Shown piece by piece: positions 1 through 7,180 of a stretch of DNA of 24,000 bases (position 1 is the stretch's first letter; every line of letters starts with the position of its first letter). A model generated the notes under the pieces. It was not told the DNA's origin and did no database searches. It saw nothing but the letters and a program-made list of their open reading frames with translations. Both the position numbers and the translations under genes were made by a program. This DNA comes from Hominifimenecus microfluidus (GTDB lineage Bacteria > Bacillota > Clostridia > Lachnospirales > Lachnospiraceae): NCBI RefSeq assembly GCF_020687485.1, contig NZ_JAJEQR010000014.1, positions 4,152-28,151 on the forward strand. The letters are read 5' to 3'.

Positions 1-121
1 CCGCTGTCATTGCATAGGAATCATACACATCCATATCACGCCCATATTGCAAATATCCAAGACAACCGCTTATAACCATTATTATACCGATTATCAGACT
101 GATAAACCACCTTTTTTTCAT
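1..121 (-). CDS. 5' end of a lipoprotein/membrane-protein-like gene running off the left edge (partial)
   Basis: The reverse strand reads AAAGGAG-cgagaag-ATG, then MKKRWFISLIIGIIMVISGCLGYLQYGRDMDVYDSYAMTA. It has a basic N-terminus, a hydrophobic core and an ISGC lipobox-like motif. It is absent from the ORF track because the window edge cuts it. Confidence 0.5.
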   Translation of the reverse strand, partial: MKKRWFISLIIGIIMVISGCLGYLQYGRDMDVYDSYAMTA

Positions 122-142
122 CTTCTCGCTCCTTTATACCCC

Positions 143-203
143 TGTATTATAATACAAGTGTATGACAGCACAGCTTATTTTTCAATACAGTTGTATTTAT
201 AAT
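143..203. promoter_or_regulatory. Divergent promoter/operator region between the lipoprotein-like gene and the XRE regulator
   Basis: A perfect 14-bp palindrome TGTATTATAATACA (143-156) contains TATAAT on both strands. The same half-sites recur as AATACA-ag-TGTATg (151-164) and AATACA-gt-TGTATT (184-197). The last abuts a TATAAT at 198-203. Confidence 0.4.
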
Positions 204-227
204 TTTAGGAAAAGACGAGGTGCCGTT

Positions 228-428
228 ATGATTGTATATATGGATTTAGAAAATCTACTTAAAGAAAAGAATATTAGCAAAAATAAGCTTTGTGAAGCCT
301 GTAATTTACAGCGCACACAGCTTAACAACTACTGCAAAAATAAGGTAACCAGGATTGACTTCACAATACTTGCAAAACTTTGTGAATTTTTGGACTGCAC
401 ACCGAATGATATACTGAAATTAAAGTAG
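228..428 (+). CDS. XRE/Cro-CI family helix-turn-helix transcriptional regulator (66 aa)
   Basis: MIVYMDLENLLKEKNISKNKLCEACNLQRTQLNNYCKNKVTRIDFTILAKLCEFLDCTPNDILKLK is a typical short HTH_XRE protein. A GAGGTG RBS precedes the ATG at 228. The upstream 22 codons of track ORF 162..428 overlap the operator region and were discarded. Confidence 0.8.
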   Translation: MIVYMDLENLLKEKNISKNKLCEACNLQRTQLNNYCKNKVTRIDFTILAKLCEFLDCTPNDILKLK

Positions 429-458
429 GGCATTGGATTTTTCTCCAGTGCCCTTTTT
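428..458 (+). terminator. Rho-independent terminator after the XRE gene
   Basis: GGGCATTGGA (428-437) pairs with TCCAGTGCCC (444-453) with one G:U pair, followed by TTTTT. Confidence 0.6.
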
Positions 459-481
459 AATGATTGGATATTCAATTAACT

Positions 482-931
482 TTATTTATTACCATTATGA
501 TCCGATGGCAATCTCACTTCTCCGGTCCTTTTCTTCATAATAGAATTCTGCGTCTCCATCTGTGTTGGAATATAATCGCTTCCCTGCAGAAATGCACCTG
601 CCGCCTCAGCGTATGATTCATATCCAGCTGCTTTCATTCTCTTTAACATTTTTGCCAAAGCACTATTCTTGTCTCTACTCACCTGACGTGTGCTGATGCC
701 CAGTTCCGCTGCTGTTTCCTTAACTTGTTTTCCCATAATAAAATAATCGCTCACGATTTTCTTTTCTTTCTCTGTCAGATCACTGAAGAGTTCTTTAAAG
801 AACATCTCGGTTGTGATATCCGATGCAATGTCATGTCCACTATCTGCGATAAAGTCTGTCGCACAACCGTTTTCTGATTCTAATCCACAAAATAATACTG
901 TATTATTTCTCTGATGCTGCTGATCAAACAT
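482..931 (-). CDS. Sigma-70 family region-4 (HTH) protein, possibly 5'-truncated
   Basis: LTEKEKKIVSDYFIMGKQVKETAAELGISTRQVSRDKNSALAKMLKRMK is a sigma-70 region-4/LuxR-like HTH. No region 2 is visible. The reading frame stays open upstream of the ATG (..ITVEELEVLNISYNKEHY-M..) up to the composition break near 1000. Confidence 0.65.
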   Translation of the reverse strand: MFDQQHQRNNTVLFCGLESENGCATDFIADSGHDIASDITTEMFFKELFSDLTEKEKKIVSDYFIMGKQVKETAAELGISTRQVSRDKNSALAKMLKRMKAAGYESYAEAAGAFLQGSDYIPTQMETQNSIMKKRTGEVRLPSDHNGNK

Positions 932-997
932 ATAATGTTCCTTATTATAAGAAATATTAAGAACTTCCAGCTCTTCTACTGTAATATTAAGCAGAAA

Positions 998-1303
998 TTG
1001 TTTCAGGCCGAGCGCGTGGTTATTGGGACTTGTCCCCGCTGCGGCGAGAACGTCTACGAGGGCAAGAAAAACTACTACTGCGGAAACCGGGCCTGCCAGT
1101 TTGTCATGTGGAAGAATGACCGATTCTTTGAGGAACGCAAGGAAGCGTTCACCCCGAAGATCGCCGCCGCGCTGCTCAAAAACGGAAAGGGCAAGGTAAA
1201 GGGCCTCTATTCCGTAAAGACCGGCAAAACCTACGACGGGACGGTGCTTTTAGCTGATACGGGCAGGACATACGTCAACTATCGGATTGAGAGGAAAAGC
1301 TGA
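998..1303 (+). pseudogene. C-terminal fragment of a conjugative-element DNA topoisomerase III (TopB); 5' portion missing
   Basis: ERVVIGTCPRCGENVYEGKKNYYCGNRACQFVMWKNDRFFEERKEAFTPKIAAALLKNGKGKVKGLYSVKTGKTYDGTVLLADTG is the Zn-ribbon and C-terminal repeat seen at the end of ICE-encoded TopB proteins of several hundred aa. Only about 100 codons are present, with no plausible start or RBS. G+C rises abruptly near 1000. The 5' boundary is approximate. Confidence 0.6.
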
Positions 1304-1354
1304 CGAAGTAACGTAGCAAGCATAGGGAGTGTAGCCACACTCCCGGTAAAATCT

Positions 1355-1388
1355 CCCGACCCGGTTCCCTGCCGGGCCGGGGATTTTT
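1355..1388 (+). terminator. Rho-independent terminator after the topB fragment, preceded by a second hairpin at 1325-1344
   Basis: CCCGACCCGG (1355-1364) pairs with CCGGGCCGGG (1372-1381), then ATTTTT. Upstream, GGGAGTGT-agcc-ACACTCCC forms a perfect 8-bp stem. Confidence 0.55.
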
Positions 1389-1439
1389 GCTTGTTGGGGG
1401 AATCCCCAAACCCCTATTTTCAAAGAAAGGAGACCATAC

Positions 1440-1661
1440 ATGGCAAGTTTACGGGAGGCTGTAAAACAGCAACAGGAAGAATTGCGGGATGGCATTGCGT
1501 GGGTGGCGTTCTGGCGTGAGGGCCGTTCATGGAACAGCGAGAGCTTTCACCTTGAAATGGGCGAAACCCTGTACCCGGAGGATAAGATGCGGCTTGCCGA
1601 AATACAGGCCGCAGACCCAAAGGCCGTTATCCTAGGGCTTTTTAAGGCCCTAAATGCGTAG
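1440..1661 (+). CDS. Small hypothetical protein (73 aa), ICE backbone-associated
   Basis: A good RBS (AAAGGAGaccatacATG) and high-GC codon usage like the topB fragment support it. No family was recognised. Confidence 0.5.
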   Translation: MASLREAVKQQQEELRDGIAWVAFWREGRSWNSESFHLEMGETLYPEDKMRLAEIQAADPKAVILGLFKALNA

Positions 1662-1790
1662 GTTGGTGCTTTGTTGCGATATGCTCCACGGTTACGGTGT
1701 ATTGTTCATATTCTGTTTTCGGGAATCTTTATGAAATCTTCAAAATTGCCCGGTATGCTATCCGTAAAATCAAAGAAAGGACTTGATTAT

Positions 1791-2495
1791 ATGGATATGA
1801 TTTTGAAAACGACTGACCTCTGCAAAAATTTCAAGGGGCAAATGGCGGTAAACAATGTGTCACTGAACATCCGGCGCAACTCTGTTTATGGTCTGCTGGG
1901 GCCGAATGGGGCTGGCAAATCCACGATCTTAAAAATGCTCACCGGCATTTTGCGCCCCACATCGGGAAGCATCGAGTTTGACGGCCACCCGTGGAAGCGG
2001 AATGATCTGGAGCATATCGGTGCTTTGATTGAGATGCCCCCGCTTTACGAAAATCTGACTGCATACGAAAATCTCAAAGTCAGAACTACATTGCTCGGCC
2101 TGGACGATGCACGAATTAACGAGGTATTGCAAATTGTCCAGCTCACGAATACCGGCAAGAAACGGGCCGGGCAGTTTTCTCTTGGTATGAAGCAGCGGCT
2201 TGGTATTGCTATTGCATTGCTGAACAGTCCCCAGCTTTTGATTCTGGATGAACCGACTAACGGCCTTGACCCTTTAGGGATTGAGGAACTTCGAGAGTTA
2301 ATTCGCTCTTTTCCCTGCAAAGGGATTACAGTTATTTTGTCCAGCCATATTCTGTCAGAAGTCCAGCAGATTGCAGATCATGTGGGTATCATTGCTGGCG
2401 GCGTCCTTGGATATGAGGGAGAGCTTCGCGCCGGTGAAGATTTGGAACAACTCTTTATGGATGTTATTCGCAGAAATGGTAAGGAGGGATATTAA
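1791..2495 (+). CDS. Lantibiotic-protection ABC transporter, ATP-binding subunit (LanF/MutF/SpaF class)
   Basis: Walker A GPNGAGKST, signature FSLGMKQRLGIA and Walker B LLILDEPTNGLD are present. The overall sequence strongly resembles the gallidermin/mutacin-class protection ATPase. The start was chosen at MDMILKTTDL; the longer track ORF from 1671 lacks an RBS. Confidence 0.9.
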   Translation: MDMILKTTDLCKNFKGQMAVNNVSLNIRRNSVYGLLGPNGAGKSTILKMLTGILRPTSGSIEFDGHPWKRNDLEHIGALIEMPPLYENLTAYENLKVRTTLLGLDDARINEVLQIVQLTNTGKKRAGQFSLGMKQRLGIAIALLNSPQLLILDEPTNGLDPLGIEELRELIRSFPCKGITVILSSHILSEVQQIADHVGIIAGGVLGYEGELRAGEDLEQLFMDVIRRNGKEGY

Positions 2496-3242
2496 ATGGA
2501 GATGGCATATATTCAGGCAGAGAACCTAAAGCATAAGAGAACTTTCACAAAAACGCTGATCGTTCTGGCCCCGTTTGTAACTGCGCTTATGAACTTTTTT
2601 GCCCCTCTTTGGTTCCAGCTCAATTCTTATAATTGGTGGTATATCCTGCTTTATCCTGGATTCCTTACGCTCACCTGTGCCTTGATTGAACAGCGGGATA
2701 ATGGCAAACTAAAATATCGTGCCGTTGCTTCATTGCCTGTTTCGCAGAACAAAGTCTGGAAAGCAAAAATTGGAGTGGCCGGTATTTACTCCTGCGTGGG
2801 GAATTTCATTTTCCTGGCGCTAAATCTGTTGGGCGGTTTTGCAATATTAGTTATCAACGAAATTCCCCTGACAATCGGAATTTGGCAGGCTGCGGCCGGA
2901 ACAGCTTGTATTGTCATTGCAAGCCTATGGGAAGTTCCGCTGTGCTTATGGTTATCAAAAAAAGTTGGTATCTTTGTCACGGTTATTCTTAATGCCGGAC
3001 TTGGAAGCGTTTTAGGGATTTTCACGGCTACAACCTCTTTGTGGATGATCTGCCCGTATAGCTGGGTGCCGCATCTTATGATTTCCGTGTTAGGTATTTT
3101 GCCTAATGGTGAGCCGGTTGCAGATCAGAGTACGGCAATGGCATTTTGGATGATTATACTTGTATTGGTCATTTCGCTGGCCTGGTTTGCGGCGCTGTCA
3201 TTTTTAACTGCAAGATGGTTTGAGAAAAAGGAGGTGGGGTAA
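2496..3242 (+). CDS. Lantibiotic immunity ABC transporter permease (LanE/MutE/EpiE-like)
   Basis: A 248-aa polytopic membrane protein whose start directly abuts the ATPase stop (TAA-ATG). Size and position match LanE of LanFEG systems. Confidence 0.85.
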   Translation: MEMAYIQAENLKHKRTFTKTLIVLAPFVTALMNFFAPLWFQLNSYNWWYILLYPGFLTLTCALIEQRDNGKLKYRAVASLPVSQNKVWKAKIGVAGIYSCVGNFIFLALNLLGGFAILVINEIPLTIGIWQAAAGTACIVIASLWEVPLCLWLSKKVGIFVTVILNAGLGSVLGIFTATTSLWMICPYSWVPHLMISVLGILPNGEPVADQSTAMAFWMIILVLVISLAWFAALSFLTARWFEKKEVG

Positions 3243-3244
3243 CT

Positions 3245-3988
3245 ATGGTATCTGTGGTTCGCTGCTGGAAAGCAGAATATCAGAAGTGTAAACATAGCAT
3301 TTTGCTCTATATGCACAGCATGATTCCGATTATATGTGCGGCGATTTTTGCGGGTTACTATCATATATCCAGATGGGAACTGACAACCAAAATCAGTGCC
3401 TATCTGGAAGTGCTGGCCGTTGCGTTCCCGTTTCTGATCGGCATTATTGTGGGCCTGGTTGTTCAGATCGAAAATCAGGCCGGGCATTATCAGCTTTTGT
3501 TGGGAACAATCCCATCTCGCATGGCAACGTATATTGGTAAACTTGGTTTTCTGATGATCTGTGCTTTTGGCGCAACATTTTTAGCGTTAGGAACATTCGC
3601 TGCACTATATAGGGATGCTCCGGCAAGCCTTTACCTGAAAGCAGGGATTCTATTGTTGATTACCATGCTTCCCATTTACCTGATTCATTTGTTTGTGGGA
3701 ATGAGCTTCGGAAAAGGTGCATCCATGGGATTGGGAATTGCAGGGAGTTTAATAGCTGCCCTTATGATAACAGGGCTTGGTGACGCTACATGGAAATATA
3801 TTCCCTGGGCCTGGGGCGTTCGTGCTATGGATTACACTGTGCTTGCATGGGATAGCCCCCAACTGTATGCACAGGTAAAAACCGATTTTTTCAGCGGTAT
3901 GATTATTTCTGTATGCTGCACTGTTTGTCTGCTGATTGCCAGTTTGGTTTGGTTTCATGGTTGGGAGGGAGGTAAAAACAGTGAATAA
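3245..3988 (+). CDS. Lantibiotic immunity ABC transporter permease (LanG/MutG-like)
   Basis: A 247-aa polytopic membrane protein, the second paralogous permease, starting 2 nt after the LanE-like stop. Confidence 0.85.
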   Translation: MVSVVRCWKAEYQKCKHSILLYMHSMIPIICAAIFAGYYHISRWELTTKISAYLEVLAVAFPFLIGIIVGLVVQIENQAGHYQLLLGTIPSRMATYIGKLGFLMICAFGATFLALGTFAALYRDAPASLYLKAGILLLITMLPIYLIHLFVGMSFGKGASMGLGIAGSLIAALMITGLGDATWKYIPWAWGVRAMDYTVLAWDSPQLYAQVKTDFFSGMIISVCCTVCLLIASLVWFHGWEGGKNSE

Positions 3989-4358
3989 AAAGTGCCTGTT
4001 TGCCGTGGTAATTGTGCTTGTAAGTCTTATATGCTTATCGGCCTGCGGTGCGCTCCGCGATACCGCCGATAAAAATAAGGCGTTAAATGAATCTCTGCCG
4101 TATTATGAGCTGAACGCCGCAAACTATGATGAAATTTCATATAACGGCCTGACATATACCATAACGGATGAATGTCTTGAAATGTCAGAACTGCAAGAAG
4201 AAATCGGACAGGTATCGAAACGCTTCAAAAATGTGGCGGGGGAAGATTTCAGTTTCGGCTACGTTTACAGTATTGTGGATGTGGATATAAGCAATGCCGT
4301 AGCTGTAAATATCAACAATGAATATCGGAAAGCTGACATTAAAAATAATGATGAGTAA
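3981..4358 (+). CDS. Putative secreted lipoprotein of unknown family (about 125 aa) in the LanI position of the operon
   Basis: A GGAGGGAGG RBS is followed by a GTG at 3981 that overlaps the LanG-like stop (GTGAATAA). The N-terminus VNKKCLFAVVIVLVSLICLSACG has a classic lipobox (LSAC). The mature part is acidic and Asn-rich. Confidence 0.65.
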   Translation: MNKKCLFAVVIVLVSLICLSACGALRDTADKNKALNESLPYYELNAANYDEISYNGLTYTITDECLEMSELQEEIGQVSKRFKNVAGEDFSFGYVYSIVDVDISNAVAVNINNEYRKADIKNNDE

Positions 4359-4396
4359 CCTCGACAATGTGGTATAATGGGGCGGGAGGTGATTTT

Positions 4397-5059
4397 TTGA
4401 CCCACTTACTTGTAGTTGACGATGAAGTTTCTATCTTGGAATTGATTAAGAACAGTTTGGGGAAAGATGGATATTTGATAACAGTCTGTCAAAATGCGGA
4501 TGATGTAGACATCAAAAAGCTGCATTTCTATGACCTCATTCTTTTGGATGTGATGATGCCTGGCACAGACGGGTTTGAGTTTTGCAAACAGATCAGGAAT
4601 ATGGTAGACTGCCCGATTCTCTTTCTGACCGCAAAGACATTAGAGGAAGATATATTGTTTGGATTGGGCATCGGTGCGGATGATTATATTACGAAACCTT
4701 TTCGTATTCAGGAGCTTCGCGCCCGTGTCGCGGCACATTTACGCAGAGAAAAAAGGGAGCATCACAGCACACTTTCATTTGAGCCTGATATAAGATTTGA
4801 CCTTTCCGCAAAGGTACTGTATGTTTCAGAACAGCCGGTTCCCCTTACCAAAAGCGAGTATTCAATCTGTGAATACCTTGCGAAAAACCGGGGACAGGTT
4901 TTTACAAAAGAACAAATCTATGAAGCCGTTTTCGGGTTTGATGGAATAGGCGATAACTCTACGATCTCAACGCATATAAAAAATATTCGTGCGAAATTGG
5001 AGCATTTCAAAATAAGTCCGATCAGCACCGTATGGGGGATAGGATATAAATGGGAGTGA
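4397..5059 (+). CDS. OmpR/PhoB-family response regulator
   Basis: Receiver motifs LLVVDDE and DLILLDVMMPG are present, with a winged-helix C-terminus (TVWGIGYKW). A TTG start at 4397 lies 7 nt after GGGAGGTG. The track's upstream ATG at 4367 has no RBS. Confidence 0.9.
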   Translation: MTHLLVVDDEVSILELIKNSLGKDGYLITVCQNADDVDIKKLHFYDLILLDVMMPGTDGFEFCKQIRNMVDCPILFLTAKTLEEDILFGLGIGADDYITKPFRIQELRARVAAHLRREKREHHSTLSFEPDIRFDLSAKVLYVSEQPVPLTKSEYSICEYLAKNRGQVFTKEQIYEAVFGFDGIGDNSTISTHIKNIRAKLEHFKISPISTVWGIGYKWE

Positions 5060-6414
5060 AAAAGAAACCTACATTGAAAATATTGTTTCGCCAGTTTGTT
5101 ATCTCCCTCATTGTCATGCTGGTAGCGGCAATTATTGTCCCTTTTGGTTTGGAGGGACTTGCTGTAAATGCTGGATTAGCTACAAGAGCAAATCTAAGTG
5201 AATTGCAGGTAAAAGAGATCATTCCAACGCTGACGATTGCCCCAGATATTACAAAGGTTGTGATTCCACAGGGATGCGGCTACTTAATTCTGGACAAGAA
5301 CTTTAATGAGCTTTACAGCAATATGGACGATGATGAAAAAGAAATTGCCCTGCTGTATGCAAAGGGAGAATATATTGAATATGCTACGGGGAGACAGTTT
5401 GCACTTGTTGTCCGGGAAAACGAATTTTGCGTTTTAAGGTATTATATTGGTTCTCAATTTACAGTGTCATGGCTACCGGAATATTTTCCATCTCCTGACA
5501 CGCTTGCGTTTATCCTGATGGCTGTAAATTCGCTGCTGGTCATTATCATACTGACCGCCAGATTTGCTAAGAACCTGCGTACACAACTGACCCCGCTTTT
5601 TGAAGCAACTGCGGAGGTTTCAAAGCAAAACCTTGATTTTGAAGTAGGACACGCCAAAATCAAAGAGTTTGAAGATGTCCTTGCATCTTTTTCAGATATG
5701 AAAGATAATCTGAAAATTTCGTTAGAACGGCAATGGAAAACCGAACAGACACAGAAAGAGCAAATCGCCGCGCTTGCCCATGATTTGAAAACGCCTCTGA
5801 CGGTTATTCAAGGAAATGCTGATTTACTCACAGAAACAAATCTTGATGATGAGCAACGATTATACGCTGGTTACGTCGTGGAAAGCTCCGGCCAGATGCA
5901 GTCATATATTCAAACCCTGATTGATATATCACGGGCGGCGGTTGGTTATCAGCTCCATATTGAAAGTATAGACTTGCCAGCGTTCATGCAGCACTTGTTC
6001 GGTTATATGGAATCACTATGCCGGACAAAAGAAATCCGGCTGCAAATGAATACTGTTTCACTCCCTCAAATGCTGAAATTTGATAGGGTGCTGATAGAAC
6101 GTGCTATTATGAATGTTATCAGTAATGGGCTGGACTACTCCCCGCAAGGCGGAACGCTTTATGTGGATGTTCAGAGTAACAACGGTTTCGTGGAAATTTC
6201 AGTCACAGACGAGGGAACGGGGTTTTCTAAAGAGGCATTATGCCACGCACAGGAACGGTTCTATATGGGCGATCAAAGCCGCAATTCAAAGTTACACTTT
6301 GGTATGGGTCTATATATTACAAATTCGATTATGGAACAACATAATGGTCAGCTTATTTTAGAAAATTCAAAAGAAACCGGCGGCGCAAAGGTTACTATGA
6401 AACTTCCTTGCTGA
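5050..6414 (+). CDS. Sensor histidine kinase (two TM segments flanking a roughly 120-aa extracytoplasmic domain; HisKA + HATPase_c)
   Basis: An H-box (AALAHDLKTPLTVI), N-box (NVISNGLDYSP) and G-boxes (DEGTGF, GMGLYI) are present. The start overlaps the regulator stop (ATGGGAGTGA). Confidence 0.9.
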   Translation: MGVKKKPTLKILFRQFVISLIVMLVAAIIVPFGLEGLAVNAGLATRANLSELQVKEIIPTLTIAPDITKVVIPQGCGYLILDKNFNELYSNMDDDEKEIALLYAKGEYIEYATGRQFALVVRENEFCVLRYYIGSQFTVSWLPEYFPSPDTLAFILMAVNSLLVIIILTARFAKNLRTQLTPLFEATAEVSKQNLDFEVGHAKIKEFEDVLASFSDMKDNLKISLERQWKTEQTQKEQIAALAHDLKTPLTVIQGNADLLTETNLDDEQRLYAGYVVESSGQMQSYIQTLIDISRAAVGYQLHIESIDLPAFMQHLFGYMESLCRTKEIRLQMNTVSLPQMLKFDRVLIERAIMNVISNGLDYSPQGGTLYVDVQSNNGFVEISVTDEGTGFSKEALCHAQERFYMGDQSRNSKLHFGMGLYITNSIMEQHNGQLILENSKETGGAKVTMKLPC

Positions 6415-6429
6415 TTTTCCGATAGTGTA

Positions 6430-6459
6430 ATGGACGTCTTTTATGTCCGTCCATTTTTC
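6430..6459 (+). terminator. Rho-independent terminator after the kinase gene
   Basis: ATGGACG (6430-6436) pairs with CGTCCAT (6448-6454), followed by a T run. Confidence 0.6.
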
Positions 6460-6645
6460 AAATCTTTATGGAATCTTCAAAAATTCCTCTTATCATGTAT
6501 CTAAAGAAAAAACATCTGCCCAGCGGCAGAAAAGAAAAAAACCGCTGCTGGGCAGACCCATTTTCACGCTTAATTTATATTCACTGGTGGCGGTTTTGAG
6601 AAATCAAGGCCGCTGCTTTCTTTCTGTCATTCCCAGCAGTTAAAG

Positions 6646-6684
6646 GCATGGCGGCCCACGGGAGGACGCCGCCATGCTGTTTTA
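6646..6684 (+). terminator. Orphan terminator-like hairpin
   Basis: A perfect 10-bp stem GCATGGCGGC / GCCGCCATGC is followed by TGTTTTA. No credible ORF lies upstream. Confidence 0.45.
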
Positions 6685-6804
6685 CTATCATTATAATCTA
6701 ATCCACTTCTACCGCTTAAAAAAAGCCTTGCCCCGCCACGGGAATATTCCGGCTATGAGTATGAACTATACCATGTAAGAAAACAACAAAACGCTTCAAA
6801 TCGG

Positions 6805-6839
6805 CGCCCGGTAGGTTTACGACCTGCCGGGCGATTTTT
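6805..6839 (+). terminator. Orphan terminator-like hairpin
   Basis: CGCCCGGTAGGT pairs with ACCTGCCGGGCG (12 bp, one G:U pair), followed by ATTTTT. No credible ORF lies upstream. Confidence 0.45.
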
Positions 6840-6974
6840 GTCGATTTTCGCGGATTGTCATTTCCGGCAAAAAATCAGATGGAAAAGGAGGCGGTCAGCA
6901 GACCAGGGCCAGCATAGGCCCCTGACAACGGACAGGATCATCCTGCTCACTCCCCACGGAAAGGGGGTGAGAAG

Positions 6975-7180
6975 ATGAAAGTTACCCCTGATGATTACGG
7001 GAGGCGCTGCCAGTTTGACCATTTTTGCAAGCTGGTACTGTACCATGAAGCCGTTGACTACTTCCGGGAAAGGAAGCGTCAGCGTGGCTGGGAAACATCC
7101 TTTGAAACGCTGCCGCTTTCGGAACTGGACACGCTATGCACGATAGATCAGTACCCCAGCGACAGTTTTATATTTCCGGC
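6975..7180 (+). pseudogene. N-terminal fragment of a small ICE-associated sigma-70-like factor, 3'-truncated
   Basis: A GGGGGTGAGAAG RBS precedes the ATG. MKVTPDDYGRRCQFDHFCKLVLYHEAVDYFRERKRQRGWETSFETLPLSELDTLCTIDQYPSDSFIF resembles, from memory, the N-terminus of roughly 140-aa sigma-like proteins next to recombinases in Tn1549-like elements. No C-terminal HTH follows. Beyond about 7180 the frame simply reads the antisense of the integrase remnant. Confidence 0.4.

Larger units (their letters stand above)
998..7180 (+). mobile_element. Remnant of a second (Tn1549-like?) conjugative element carrying a lantibiotic-protection cargo; truncated at both sides
   Basis: A TopB C-terminal fragment sits at one side and a sigma-like N-terminal fragment at the other. 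The ABC/TCS cargo lies between them, with composition breaks at both boundaries. Confidence 0.45.

Noticed and set aside
2045-3626. Several 60-120-aa antisense or alternative-frame ORFs over the ABC transporter genes (for example 2045..2320, 2786..3025, 3125..3487, 3334..3540).
   Set aside because: They overlap strongly supported LanFEG-like genes and have no RBS or motifs.
4370-4378. TGGTATAAT, which looks like an extended -10 promoter, just upstream of the response-regulator gene.
   Set aside because: A transcript starting about 7 nt downstream would begin inside the GGGAGG RBS (4384-4389). There is no -35 at the right spacing. It is probably coincidental, and the regulator is more likely co-transcribed with the upstream genes.
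6443-6643. A 66-aa plus-strand ORF after the kinase gene.
   Set aside because: It starts inside the kinase terminator, has no RBS, spans hairpins, and its basic low-complexity sequence is unconvincing.
6858-7046. A 62-aa minus-strand ORF.
   Set aside because: It overlaps the RBS and start of the sigma-like fragment in antisense, with no RBS and no motifs.
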